The notes below the pieces were generated by a model that worked only from the letters and a program-made list of their open reading frames with translations, searched no databases and was not told where the DNA came from. A program made the position numbers and the translations under genes. Below are positions 37,001-50,804 of a DNA stretch of 64,000 nucleotides, in pieces; the stretch's first letter is position 1, and each line of letters starts with the position of its first letter. The DNA is taken from NCBI GenBank assembly GCA_965112735.1, contig OZ218951.1, positions 186,001 through 250,000 on the forward strand, written 5' to 3'. Source of the stretch: Phaeosaccion multiseriatum. Lineage: Eukaryota; Protista; Ochrophyta, other classes.

Positions 37001-38392
37001 AGGCCTTGACAAGCCCCAGGAAGTACTCCTCGCCAGAGCCGTAGTCCACGGGGTGGAGCAGGCCTGCGTATCACAGCCAGAGGGAGGGAGAGAGAGAGAG
37101 CCCAGGCAAAAGCGTGCAAAGGAGGGAGGCGAGGCGGGAGGAAGCGAGGGAGGCGAGCGAGAACAGAGGTCGATGGTGTAGACAGACGCAAGAGTGAGGC
37201 AGACGGAAGGGTGGATACTACAGATATGGATAGAGGGTTGGGCGCGCAGGGGGGGGGTAACCGCCACAGACCCGCCTACTCAGCCGTAGCTACACGGCCG
37301 GCGTTAAGCGTTAAGTTTGTGTCCAGGTGCCTCACCTTGCAAGTTGTGCAGCGCAGTGTAGCACATGACCCCGTCCAGAGGAGAGGAGCTGAGTGGGAGG
37401 GGGGGAGGGGGAGACTCGATTCGATTAGGCGGGGCCATTGAGCCAATCAATGGTGATCTTTGGCCGCGTGTAGCAGCACGAAGGGAAGTTGTTGGGCAGC
37501 TGGGTGGGACAAATTGGCCGCTGGGGACAGGGTTAGGGGGATGGAGGCGGTGGGAAGCAAGATGCTCGGACATGGAGGTTGTTTCCCTCCGAAACGACTT
37601 GCACCGGAGAGTGTGGGGTGCAGGGGAGAAAGAGTGGCTTTTAGGTGACAGAGGAGAACAAAAGGGTAGGGGGAGGGGGGGGGAGTGGGAAAGGAAGACC
37701 CAGGACGCGAGCGTGTAGACAAAACAGGAGATGGTGGCCAGAGAGGAGGCGAGAAGAAGGGCTGGGGGAAGAGAGGATACGGGAGAGGTGCCTTGCGACA
37801 TGTTTGAAGGGAAGAGGAGAGGAGCGCGGAGGAAGGGAGGTAGTGATAGGGAGGGGAGGAGGGAGAGAGAGCCCACTGATGCGAGAGGAAGCGGGGGAAA
37901 GCAAACAGAGAGACACACAGAGAGAGAGGAAGGGGAAGGTGTGGAGTACAAAACAAGATGACAGCATGGATGCAAATTTGCTCACCTCTCTCCCTCCCCC
38001 GAGACATCCGCGGAGTAGTTCTTGATGGACGCTGTGTCTTGGCCCACCACCAGCAGAGTCATTATCCCTACTGTCCTGGGTTGCTGAAGGTAGGAGAGGG
38101 AAAGAGAGAGAAGAGGGGCTGAAGAGATCCGAAGAGGGTTTCCGCCGCATATCCAATAATTTATAATTTCATTTCTTCTTCCCTCCCGACCCCGCCAACC
38201 CGCCAACCCCCCCCCGATATCCCCCCCCAACACTCACAACACAGACGCAAGATATCGAAATAAGAGCTTTTTTTCTTCTTGGTACAACACTTATAAGCAG
38301 GATAAAATCATTCTGCCCTCCTGGGCACTGGCGGAGGGAGGCCGCTCGAGGCCGCAAGAAGGCAACGACGCCCTGACTGACGGAAGACGAAA

Positions 38393-38453
<61 letters not shown>

Positions 38454-38480
38454 AGTGCTACTACTCATGCACTTCTCCAT
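33838..38480 (-). CDS. Glycoside hydrolase family 26 (beta-1,3-xylanase-like) with C-terminal TM anchor; 5' end uncertain
   Basis: TLLVVGQD; YTAL; VYLRLGY|EFDNP (acid/base Glu); QFVWHSW; WYPGDEYVDWVGVSLF; KLMIAEATP (nucleophile); SYINCNWD...FGDTRVQ; TM GPVLVVASLCAVMLVLLGV; tail YAELV. Confidence 0.85.
35065..35221 (+). repeat. 40-bp minisatellite x4 containing telomere-like AACCCTAACCCTA
   Basis: Unit AGAAAGAGCTCAGCGGCAGCAACCCTAACCCTAGCGTTAC, in a GH26 intron. Confidence 0.9.
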
Positions 38481-38730
38481 CCCCTCTGCACTACCTCTTC
38501 CATGAAAGCTATTCGACAACTCCCGCCAGCTTGACTCCCTCTATCAAATGCACACCCTCCTCCCCATTCGCACAAACACAAACATACAAAACACATACCG
38601 CACCCCCCGGTGCACTATACCATCACTGGACCACTGGCCATGCGGCAAGGTGCACTATACCATGCCCTTCCGCTTTGTCGGGCACGCAGCGCCACAGCAT
38701 CGCATCGTCATCCTGGCTGCCGTATCACCA

Positions 38731-38763
<33 letters not shown>

Positions 38764-39019
38764 CGCCTCTTCTCTCTGTCGCTCACCCCCTGCGCCTCTC
38801 GACCTGTTTGGGTCACCCCCCTCCCAACCGCAGCATGATGGAGCGTCTCCGCCCCGCCTTTCCCTGATGCCCTCCTTGAAGCCCTCCTCCCCAGCTGGAC
38901 CCAGGCCGGAACACCCACTGCCATCCCCTGCCTTCACTGCCATCCCCTCCCTGACCTGGAGCCCGACTCACTCATTGACTTACAGCCTCTCTCACTGACA
39001 TAGGCTAGTAGCTAATGCC

Positions 39020-42000
39020 TCACCGCACCTCAAACAAGTTGAGGGTTCCCCCAAAGTCCCTCCTGCGTGCCGCGTCGTCAGCGCCTGTGAACAGCTCTCC
39101 GTAGTCAGAGCCCTCCGCCAACAGGGCCTGTAGATGGATGGATGGATGGATGGATGGATGGATGGATGGGCGGATGGATGGATGGATGGATGGATGGATG
39201 GATGGATGGATGGATGGATGGATGGATGGATGGATGGATGGATGGATGGATGGATGGATGGATGGATGGATGGATGGATGGATGGATGGATGGATGGATG
39301 GATGGATGGATGGATAGATAGATGGATGGATGGGTGGCAGCAGATGGCAGCAGATGGAGGGAAGCGGAGGTCAGCAGAGAGCGTAGTAGCAAGGTTCGTG
39401 GGGAGGTGAGGAGCGATGGAGCGGAAGGGGAAGGGCGCCTGAGTTATGGGCCGTAAGTCAACGATCAGGGAGCCTAAGGTATGTAAGTCAACGGTTGCAA
39501 GTGAGTACCCTCCTATGCCTCACGCACGCACGCTCGCACGCACTTACCCTGTGGAAAGCGTTGGCCCTTCGAATGTCGCGCACCGTGATGATCTCGAGCA
39601 AGGACTCGTAGTCAGTGCGGCAATGCCTCTGTGGAGGGGTGGGGGGGCGGGGAGGAGGAGGTGAGGGCACTGCACTTGACGGGGGACTGTTGTCTGACTG
39701 CTGTATGCATGTGTCTAGATAGCAACCTACTCGTCCACCAGGCAGACAGACCGAGAGACCGAGAGATCGAGAGACAGACACATGGGCAGGACGGCATATG
39801 CATACAGCCATGGGCAGACAGACAGGCAGGGAGATAGATTCGCAGGCCGGCCGGGAGGCAGACATTTGGGCAGGCTGAGAGGAGAGGCATATGGGAGAGG
39901 CGTATGGCAGAGGCTTGCTGACCTTGGGGAAGAAGAAGGCCGCGAGCATGTCCTTGTGTCGGCTGTCGAAGTCCACGAAGAACTGAGGAGGGAGGAGAAG
40001 AAGAGAGAGAAGGGGAGGGGGGGGGTCAGTGACGCGAGATGGGGAGACGCACACCCTCGCAGGCGACCAGGTGGGGCAAGGCGGAGAGGGCCGCAGGACG
40101 GGGGCGAGGGGGAGGGAGACAATCCCACCCACCACCCTCCTTACCTCAGCGGTGACGTCGTTGACAGTTTCGATGAACTGCTCCTGGCTGATCTTGCCGG
40201 TGTTGTTGACATCGAAGGCTAGGAAGTGCTTGCGCAGCATCTTCTTCCTGTTGGCCCTGGCGAAGCAGGAGCTGAAGGAGCGCATTGCCCCCGCCAGCTG
40301 CTTAGAGATGTCCCCGTTGTGCGAGAACAGGTTCTGGTTGACCTGTTGGTGGTTCGGCGGTTGGGGTGGGGGGATATGAGAATCAATGTACGCTTCCCTC
40401 CCTCTTGTCTCGAGCTTTCCTGCGTCCCTCCCTGCCTGTCTGCCTGCCTGCCTGCCTGCCTTCTCTCCTCGTCCTCCTTGCCATGTCCTATCCTACCCGT
40501 AACAACTTCCCTACATCATCGACGTATCTCTACACCCCAGCTCGACCTCTATATCGACCTCTACTCTATATAGACCTCTATGTCGAGGTCTTCATGCCAG
40601 GTCGAGCAGCTCTACATCCGATGACGACACGCACGCACTCACACTCTCACCTTGTTGAGGTAGCTGCCCACCGTGGGGGGCTTTTCGTAGCGCTTCTGCT
40701 TGGCGGGGCGGGAGGGCATGTTGAGGCATATGGGCACGGACATGTTGTTCTGTAACGGTATGTTGGACAGCCGCCTCTCCACCTCCTTCAGGTCAGCAGA
40801 GTTGCGCCGCCGCAGCTGGAGCCTGGGGATGGATGGATGGATGGATGGATGGCAGTGGATGGGGTGGGGGGTGGGCGTTTTGTGAGCAGGCGGCGGGAGG
40901 AAAGAGGGGAGGAAGAAGGACAAGAAGGGGAGGAAATCCATCCCATCCGCTGCCATCATCGGTCGAACAAAGGACGTACCCGGATCCGGATCCAGATTGT
41001 CGCAGGCTGCCCAGGGGGGGCACTCCGGAGGCGGCCATGGCCATAGCACTGGCACTGCCCTTGTCGCTGCCGCTGCCGCTGGCCTGACTGGCTGTCTCTG
41101 GGCAGTCCTCACCACCCTCTCCCTCCTCATCCCCGAGGTCGAACTCCTCTTGGCCAGCCTCGGAGCCCCCCTCGGAGGAGAAGGTGTCTGCGTACTTGAA
41201 GTGATCGAAGTCGCCTGCGAAGACCTGTTGGTTTGCAAGGAGTAAGTCAGTAAGGCGTAGTAAGTCAGTAAGGGCGCAGTAGGTCAGTTGGACGAGACTT
41301 GGAAGGAAGCAAGATGGAAGTAAGTCGTAGGGTAATAGAGTACGACACCGACACAGAAACTCGTACTGATGGAACTAAGTCATAAGGCAGAGTAAGACAC
41401 TGAAACTGAAACCAATACTGATACAAGTCAAGGATGAACGCACCTCATCGCAGAGGGAGGAGTAGTTGAGCTGTCCACATCCGTGAGTGTCGTGCTCCAG
41501 GAACAGAGCCTCCGCCACCTGTGAGTGAATCACCAATCAGTGAGTGAGTGAGTGAGTGAGTGGGTGAGTGAGTGAGTGAGGGGAGGGGAGGGAAGGAGGG
41601 AGAGACGCAGACGCGCATCAGAGGAGAATCCCCCCCCCCCCTTCCGGTACCATCTACATCCCCACCCCTCTACTGCCATCTTATCCCCTCCACCCACCTG
41701 CTTGGTCATGATGGCGTTGAGGTTGGTCTGCCTCAGGACGTTGATCCAATCGCTCTTCTGCACGTGGGCCTCCACGTAGGCAGAGCGCAAGCCCTTGCCG
41801 CCCGAGCTCGACGACTCGCCGAACGCGCCTGATTCGTTGATTCAGTGGGAGGGTGAGTGGTTGGTTAGTTGGTTGGTTGGTTGGTTGGTTGGTTGGTTGG
41901 TTGGTTGGTTGGTTGGTTGGTTGGTTGGTTGGTTGGTTGGTTGGTTGGTTGGTTGGTTGGTTGGTTGGTTGGTTGGTTGGTTGGTTGGTTGGTTGGTTGG

Positions 42001-42871
42001 TTGGTTGGTTGGTTGGTTGGTCGGTTGGTTGGTTGGTTGGTTGGTTGGCTGGGTTGGTTGGGTTGGTTGGGTGGTTGGGTTGGTCGGATGGTTCACATAC
42101 ACAACCACTCACTCACTCACCCTCGAGTGCGGTGTCATTGGCGCCACTGCCCCCGTCCCTGCGCAGCCTCTCCCTGGCACGGAACAGCTGTCGGAGCCGC
42201 CCACCTGCCGCCTCCTTCTCGAAGGCCAGAGTCATCACCTGGGGGAGGGGAGGACAGAGGGAAGGAGGCCGGCAGGGGGGGTGAGGTGAGTTTATTTAGT
42301 CAGTGGTTATTTTCAGCCAGCCTAAGTGTCAGCCAACACTTGGTGTCAGTAAGCCAGTGAGCTAGTAAGTCAGTGAGTGACTAGGCCTGACCTTGAGAAT
42401 ACGGTCGGTGACCTTGAGGGAGCGGTTGCGGTCCTTAAGCTTGAGGGCGGCGGGGGAGGCAACCACCAGAGCGTCAACGAAGTCGTCGTACTGGATCATC
42501 GTGCTGATAAGTTCCAGGCGTTACAGAAGGGGAGGGTTATTCGTTGCTGTTCATTAGGGGGGAAGGTCCATAGAGGGGGGGGCATGGCGCTTCGTTGCCA
42601 TGTGCTAGGGCGGCTTACGCATGCGATGCGAAACTGCCGTAACTGTCGTACCTGGTGTCATCGCTCTTCTCGTAATCGGTGAAGTCCGTGATGATGAGGG
42701 CCATATCTCTGTCCGACAGGCGGCAGATGGGCCCTCTCTTCTGCTTAGAGGGCACGCGCTCGGACATGTCTTCCAGCTCACGCAGCAGGTCTGAGGATGG
42801 CAGTGGATGGCAGGGGTGGCAGTTTGTATGGGGGCGGGGGGATTTGCTTAATGGCAGTGACTCTCTCATCT

Positions 42872-42910
<39 letters not shown>

Positions 42911-45900
42911 GCAGCTCCAGTCCACCCCTCCCTTTATCCTACAGGCCCAAGTACAAGCCCTAGCCGTTGGTGGCACAGCTGCAGGAGCAATTGGTGGTAC
43001 AGCTACAGAAAACAAATACAGCTCCAGCGGCGACACTACACCCGAAACGAGCGATAAGCGACTCACTCTTGAAGTGCTCTGCGCTGAGCACGCCCCTCCC
43101 CTTCTTGTCTTGCTCGCGCATCACGCTCCTGACGGGCAGGCGGGAGGAGGAGAAGACTTCTGCCAGGCGGGTCATGCACAGCGAGGACGCCCCCTGTGGG
43201 AAGATCTCCTTCTGTAACAGCAGCTTGCCTGGGGGGGTAGGGGGACGGCAGGGGGGGGAGGAGAGAGAGCAAGGGGCGTCGATTCATGATTGGTGGCGTG
43301 CAGTGCTTGGCACGGGGGGGGTGACAGGATGGATGGCAGTGGATGGTGTCGTGGGGCGTGGGATTTTTGCGGAGTGTCAGGACTGACGAGAATGATGGTC
43401 TTCCTCAGCCTTCCTTACAAGGCCTTACGTGTGTACTTACGTGTGTACTCGTCGTAGCCCGTGATACGCAGCGTGAAGAGCTTGGAGCCGCTGCGGGGCA
43501 TCTCGAACGTGACGATAGAGCCGGGGATGAAGTCCGTCGCCTGGGAACGGCAAAGGCAGTGGATAGGGGAGGAGGAGGGAGAGAGACAAGTGCGTCAAGC
43601 CCAGCCTCATCACCGACCCATCCACTGCCTTCCACTGCCCCCCCCTGCCTTCCACTGCCTTCCACTGCCTTTCACTGCCCTTCCACCGCCTTCCACTGCC
43701 TTCCATCGCCTTCCGCTGCCGGCCCCGCGCCAAGTGCAAGCAAATCCGGCCCACGCACAAGCAAGCAACAAGCAAGCAAGCATGCACGCATCCCCGCCAC
43801 CCGCACCATCCATCCACCATCCACTGCCTTCCCTCACCTTGACCCATCGGCTGAGCTCCCCTCCCAGGCCCACCATTGCTTCAGCGAGTCCTCCGTCGCA
43901 GTGCTCCATGACGTCAGAGGCCCTCGTGCCTTCCTTGGCCTGTCCCAGGGCGGGAATGTACTTCTTGTAACGGCCACGGGCAAGAAACAGTCTGGAGGGG
44001 GGGGGCATTGCGTAGGGCAGGGGCAGTCATATGGGCAGGGTGAGTACTGTATGGGGCAGGGGTGAGGTCAGGTGGGGTGGACATGAAGGAAGGGCGTGGT
44101 AGGGATTCGGTAAGGAGCTCTCTACCTCTCTCCCTGGCGCCCCCCCTCCCTCCCGTTCTGTCTCACGGTCTCACTATATCACGGCCTCACTGCCTCACTG
44201 CCTCACTGCCTCACTGCCTCACTGCCTTACTCTCTCACTGCCTCACTGCCTCACTCCCTCACTGCCTCACTGCCTCACTGCCTCACTGCCTCACTCTCTC
44301 ACTGCCTCACTGCCTCACAGCCTCCCTCCCTCCCTCCCTCCCTCCCTCCCTCCCACCGTATCACCAGCCCACTCACCCTCCGATCACTCCGCTGTTCCTA
44401 ACGGGAGGCTCGAACACGCTGAGGGAATCGTCCGCAAGGAAGTAGTTCACCACGAACTCACGGTTTTGCTAACATTGCATGGGGCAGGGGAGAGGGAGGA
44501 GGGGGGGGGGGTGAGGAGGGGGGATAGCGATACTCTATCCCGTGTATCCTGTGTGCCCACCGTCCCTTCGCACCTCTACACTCCCTGCAACACACACGCA
44601 CGCGCACACGCACACACGTACGCACACACGCACACACGCACACGCACACACGCACACGCACACACGCACACGCACACACGCGCACACACACACTTACACC
44701 CACACACCCACACACCCACACACCCACACACCACCCCCACGACTTACTTTGACGGAGTCGGGTCCCTCCGGCAGCTCAAGCTTGGCGAGGAAGCGCAGCA
44801 CCTTCTTGTCGCCCTTGAGGAAGCGCTCGTACTCCTCCTGATTCACCTCGCGGCTCATGGGCTCCAGAGACAGGCCCATAGCGAAGAGGTCGTCCTCGTT
44901 TCCGTAACCGTTGTAAGGGGCGATCTTCTCCATGTGCAGGGCCTCTACCTCCTCGTGGCCAACTGTGAGTGTCTTCTGGTGCACCCCTCGGGCGGCGTAC
45001 CAGGCGGCGGTGGCGCTGTCGCAGCTCATCAGCAGGAGGTGTCTATGGGTGTCCGCGGGATTGATTGATAGAGGCGTATGGGTGAGGGGAATACATTAGA
45101 GGCATATGGGGATTGTTGAAGGGAAAGCTTGAGCCCCTGTCAAGGACCGAATGCGGTGTGACTTACATCCCACTTATGCCACTCACTCACTCACCTGCCG
45201 TACACGTTGATGGCCTCTCCGCAGCGAAGATCCTCCCACGTCACCACCTATGGAGGGAGGTGTACAGACCACGCGATGGTAAGTAAGGAATGGCGTAGGA
45301 CGTATTGTGACTTAATGTTACTTAACGTGAGCTAATATCACTTGATGTGGTGCAGCGTGAGTTAATGCGAGTAAGTAGGCTAAGTTAACGTTGCTCAACG
45401 TGACAACTTGTCTTACCTGCACGTGCTCCTTCTGGGGGTCGCGGGGAGACACAACTCCGCCGTAGCCCGTGGGGACGTGCAGGCTGTGGGGATGGCAGGG
45501 AAGGGCAGGGGGTGTGGTGGGGGGGGGTGGGCATGTTAGAGGCATATGGGAAGGAGGCACATTTCGGACACACATACACACGCCCGCTACCGCCTGACAC
45601 CAAGTATTAGTAAGTAGTATTAAGCATTGACACCCAAGTGGTGACACCAGGTATTGACTGACACCAGGTACTGACTGACACCAGGCTCTGACTGACACCA
45701 GGCTATGACTGACACCAGGCTCTGACTGACACCAGGCACTGACTGACACCAGGCACCGACTGACCTGTTCTTGGGCAGCTTCTGCCTCCTGAGCAGGTTG
45801 GGGAAGTTGTGCCTGCCCTCAGCGGCCACCTCCTTGATCTCCACCGTGTCGTTGAGCAGGTAGTAGTACAGCACGTAGTCGCGCTTGTCGCCCTGTGAGT

Positions 45901-48270
45901 AAGGGAGTGAGTAGGGTGAGCAATAACAGGGACCAATAGTGCCAGGTACTACTAAAGGCCACTAGGTACTGACTGACACCAGGCCATGACTGACTGACTC
46001 GCTGACTCACTCACTCACTCACTCACTCACTCACTCACTCACTCACTCACTCACTCACTGAGTGACTGACTGACTGACTGACTGACTGACTGACTGACTG
46101 ACTGACTGACTGACTGACTGGCTGGCTGGCTGGATGACTGACTGACTGACTGACTGACTCACGCACTCACTCACTCACTCACTCACTCACTCACTCACTC
46201 ACTCACTCACTCACTCACTCACTCACTCACTCACTCACTCACTCACTCACTCACTCACTCACTCACTCACTCACTCACTCACTCACTCACTCACTCACTC
46301 ACTCACTCACTCACTCACTCACTCACTCACTCACTCACTCACTCACTCACTCACTCACTCACTCACTCACGGACAAACTGACTGACTGACTGACTAACTG
46401 ACTGACTGACTGACTGACTGACTGAATGACTGACTGAATGACTGACTGACTGACCGACTGACAACAGGCAACGCCCCACACACCTGCAGGCGGTCGTCGG
46501 CGTACTTGCAGAAGAAGCGCAGCACCCTCCTGTCGCGCTTGTAGTACTCGCCCTGGAGAGAGCAGCGTAGCAGATGGCAGTAAATGGAACGACGGCAGGG
46601 AATGCGGTGAGTGGCACAGCAATCAAAGCTGACAGAAAGAGGGACTTACTGACTTACTGCAACAAGGTGCGCGGGAAAGCATCAAAGTAGACAAAAGGGG
46701 GACTTAGGCCTGCCTCTATGCCGTGTCACTGGACCCATAGACCTCCCATACGCCTCCCATATGCCTCCCATATGCCTCCCATATGCCTGTATCTGTGCTT
46801 ACCTTCTCTCTACGCGGCCCCTGCTTGACCTTGCCCTTGTTCCCCTCGAAGCGGCTCCTCTCCTGCTTGTACCCGTCTTCGGGGTATGCCTCCTTAGCCG
46901 CCAGCTGTGACGGGGGGAGAACAACCAATACGCAAGGCACACAAGCAGGTAGGTGAGAAGATGGCGGGCGTGAGTGCTGGCGTCTCCCACGCCACTCATC
47001 CCCCCTCCCTCCACTGCATGTTTACGGCATGTTTACGGCATGTTTACGGGCCTCCTTCCCAATTGCAGGGCCCCCGCCTCCCTCCCCCCCTACTCGGCTC
47101 TATCTGTCTATCTCTCACCGCGTGCAGGCCGTCGGTCTGACCGAAGTAGCTGTGGGTGGAGGCGTCCGCGTCGACGAGGCGGAAGCGGCGACCGTAGATC
47201 CACAGCTCGCAGCCCACCTGTTGGTTTGACGGTTTCGCAGTCCAGAAGTGTTCACAAGTGGGTCAACTCAGAAAGGAGAAAAGAAAGAAAGACTCCTCCC
47301 CTTAGATACTAAGCAAGAAAGAAAGACTCCTCCCCTTAGATGCTAAGCAAGAAAGAAAGATCCGCCCCCCGTCTCAGAAGAGCTTGAAGAGCATGTGTGT
47401 GTGTGCGTGTGCGTGCGTGTGTGTGCGTGCGTGGCCCACTCACCTGGAAGTCCTTCGGCTTGTACCTGCCCCCCCCGAGGGCCTTGGGCTTGTTCACAGG
47501 GCCCCTTCGCATGAACTTGCCCTGACTCAGGCCACTGTCACAAGGTAAACGAAGTCAGCAGGGGCGGCAGTAAGTCAGTGAACGCACGAGAGTACATGAG
47601 TCGCAGTAAGGAAAGAGGCTGCTGCTGTTCTCCCTTCCCCTCTCCCTCTAGGCCTCCTTCATTCGTCCCTAACCTCCCCTCAAGTCGCCTTACGGTAAGG
47701 CGCTTGCTCATGGTACGTGACGATACGTAATACCTGTTGGCCTCTCGGGGCTCCTCGATGGACATGGTGTCGTCCTCCAAGTAGTACATGATGGAGAACT
47801 TGCGCACGCGGTACCCCTAGCCAAGGGGCACAAAGGGTAGGCCAAGGGACACAAAGGATAGACGTGGTTAGAGGGCGATACCCCTGGCGAAAGGGCACAA
47901 AGGATAGGGGGAAGCGTGCCTCGGCCGAAGGAAGGAGCCACAGCCTGAGCGAAATGCCGAAATGCCCCTCTTCAAGGGGCACGATACCCTTGCCAAGGGG
48001 CACAAACTGTGTCTCTCTCTTACCGTGGTGTCCATGCTTCCTCCCTCATGCACCTCCTCCTGAAAGTAGGCGAAGAAGCGCAGCACTTGCTTCTCCCTCG
48101 TCACGTACATGGGCACCTGCGCAGCCCAACCAGAGAAAGGAGAGAGGCCCAATCAGGAGAAGGAGAGGGAGGAGAGCGAAGGAACGCGACAGGCAACAGG
48201 CGGCAGAGTGATGGAAAGGCCCCTCACAAACGCCCATCACACCGCTGCCTCTCTCTCCTCCTCTCTCTAC

Positions 48271-48321
<51 letters not shown>

Positions 48322-49312
48322 TGTGTCTTTCTGTGTCAATGAGGCGAAGACGCTACCTGTGGCTTCACGTCCCTGTCAGACTCGGCGGAGGGGTGCGCCG
48401 TGCTGGGCCGGTTCAGGGGGGGGCGGAAGCCTGTGTCTGTGTGTGCGTGTAGGGAATGGTGTGGTAGTGTGGGTTTGTGGGTGTGGGTGTGGGTGTGGGT
48501 GTGAATATGTGTTAGTATGGGTGTGTGTGTCCGTGGGAGTCAGTGTGAGAGTACATGCGTTGTGTGTTAACGTGTATGTGTATTATGCGTGTGTGTTCGT
48601 GTGTGTGTTAGGTGTCCACTCTTACCTGCGTTAGTGTTAATGGGCGATCCCATGGGGGCTCCCGCGGTGGAGCTGAGCGAAGAGGAGGCCATACGGGGGA
48701 TGGCAGAGCTGCTGCTGCTCGCGGAGCCTGGCGCCGCCGACTTGGGCCGACGGTTCAAGGCACGCTGCGGGGAAGAGGGAGGAAAAGGAGGAGATGAGTC
48801 GGGAGACGGAAGAGTGCGCTAGTGCGACGGAGAGGAAGAGGTAGAGGAAGGGGGGGAGGGACACACAGAGGCTCGAGTAGGTTTGCTGCTCTGCTCGACG
48901 GGAGTGCAGGTGAGGGAAGGCCAGATGGATAGATGCCCGAAAAAAATCGGGGAGAATAATAAGCGCTTACGCTCCGCCCTGTCGCTATCGCTAGTGGTGG
49001 TCCATCTGCTTTTCCATTTGTCCCACTGCTCTGCTGTGCCCATCACCACTACGCGACGCATGTGCATTCATTCCACGGAAGGGGGTTGAAGCCGTGTTGG
49101 ACAAGAAGGATCGCTTCCCAATGGACGGTCGCCGCCCAGGAAGAACGAACCCCCCTCTCTGTGCTTGTTTGCTCGAGGCGGGTGTGTTCACTCACCGACA
49201 AGTACGGGTCCATCGCTCGCGTGACTCCGGGTACAAGAGGAAGGGTGGCCGCGGACGCCGACTTGCCCATCGCCCCACTGCCCCCCCGCGTCTGTGCCCA
49301 CTTGTTAGACAT
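39020..49312 (-). CDS. EFHC1/EFHC2 (Rib72)-like axonemal protein: three DM10 domains plus EF-hand-like C-terminal region, >20 exons
   Basis: DM10-1 [12 protein letters not shown]...[30 protein letters not shown]...[17 protein letters not shown]10-2 RVLRFFC...[10 protein letters not shown]...[15 protein letters not shown]10-3 KVLRFLAKL...[22 protein letters not shown]-hand [14 protein letters not shown]. Confidence 0.9.
39132..39333 (+). repeat. (GATG)n microsatellite, intronic
   Basis: Seen directly in the sequence. Confidence 0.92.
41858..42083 (+). repeat. (GGTT)n microsatellite, intronic
   Basis: Seen directly in the sequence. Confidence 0.92.
45648..45765 (-). repeat. 19-20-bp tandem repeat (CCTGGTGTCAGTCAG...) right after an EFHC donor
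   Basis: About 6 copies, plus a related copy at ~45965-45985. Confidence 0.8.
45986..46462 (+). repeat. Compound (ACTC)n/(ACTG)n microsatellite; reads (GTGA)n/(GTCA)n in gene sense
   Basis: Seen directly in the sequence; lies in an EFHC intron. Confidence 0.92.
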
Positions 49313-49964
49313 GCTGTTTCAAACAATCCCTCGCGTCCCCACCCTCGCTCTCCTCCTCCTCCCTGCTGGGCGCCCTGTCTCAGCGTCTCTCTCTTCTACT
49401 GCCGCTGCTCCTCTCTTCTTCTGCTGCTGCTGCCGCTGCTCACTCTCGCTCGCCTGCTTCTCCACGGCTGCTCCTCCTCCACAGTATTCCCCTTAAGCTG
49501 AGGGGGCCTAGCTCTCCTCACGCTCCTGCTGGTGCTGCTGCTCTCCCAGCAAAAGCTCTCGTCTCAAAACGGAAACGTTTAGGAGGACAAGATGAAACCG
49601 TTAAATTTAAGTTTGCGGGCCTTGGCCCATGCAATGGTACGCGTTCTTATACCAAGCCGGAAGTTTAGAAGAAAGGGCGTCGGTGTGCCTCCTGCTTGGC
49701 CCTTGCGTGCTGCAGCGGTGCAGCTCGGAGTGTCTGGAACATGGACCTGTGTTGAGACCTTGGTGTTACTGCAGGGGTGGGAAACAGGCAGTTGGCGTTG
49801 GGCGGAAAGCCGCTCTTCAAATTCTCTTGCACTTCATCTGTCATGCTGCCTCCACCAACACCGCTTTAGAGGCTGGAAAGTAGCTACCCATTACGTAGAG
49901 GAGGGAGGTGTAAGACTCCATTATTGGCTTGGAGTCTTGGCTGTCGTACTAGCCGGTCTTTCGC

Positions 49965-50764
49965 ATGTCGGACATGAGTACGTGCACCTGGGGGGTGGCT
50001 CCATCGGACATGGGGCCCTCGGACGACGACGAAGACGACGATGACTACGATGACCTCTCAGAGGGGGAGGAGGACGACGAGGAGGCGGAGGTGGAGATGC
50101 TGGCGAACTCCATGCAGGCCACGCACTATTCAGAGGTGAGAGAGCACCTGCTGACTGGGCCTAAATGGCGGGTGGGTCAGTGTTCGGTGGGTGCTTGCAG
50201 GAGGAAAGCTTGGAGCTCTGGCACACACGTGTTCCAAACGGGTACTGGACATGGTACCGAGTAGCCGTGCGCTCTCTCACAGCTGTGGAGCGGACTGCAC
50301 GCGCTGCACAGTGCGGTAGAGGCAAGGGGACTGTGGGTGGCGTGTGATCTGCAGGCTTAGCTTCTGCTGCCGCTGGTGCTGACAGAGGCTCTCTTCAATC
50401 GACAAATACTTGCAACACGCCCTGGCTGGCACCCTAGACCCAACTGCTGGGTTTCCACGGCCTTAGTTGCCCCCCCCCCCCCCCCCCCCCCTCTCTCTCT
50501 CTCCCTCCCTCCGTCCCCCTCCTCCCTCCTCCTCACCGCCCTCCTATTTCCCGCCTCCGTCGTCGTCCCTCTCTCTCCCTCTGTCCGGGGTGTGGTCAGG
50601 TGCGCTTTGCGAGCAGCCTCACCACTCGCTATGTGGCACCAGGCGAGGGTTATGACGTAGAGGGCGGGTGAGTCATTACGTGACGTTGCTTTCGCGCTCT
50701 TACTTACGCGTGCTCTATCCCAGTGGGTATGGCTCGGGCAGCCTTGTCGAGCTTGTCTACTTGT

Positions 50765-50804
<40 letters not shown>

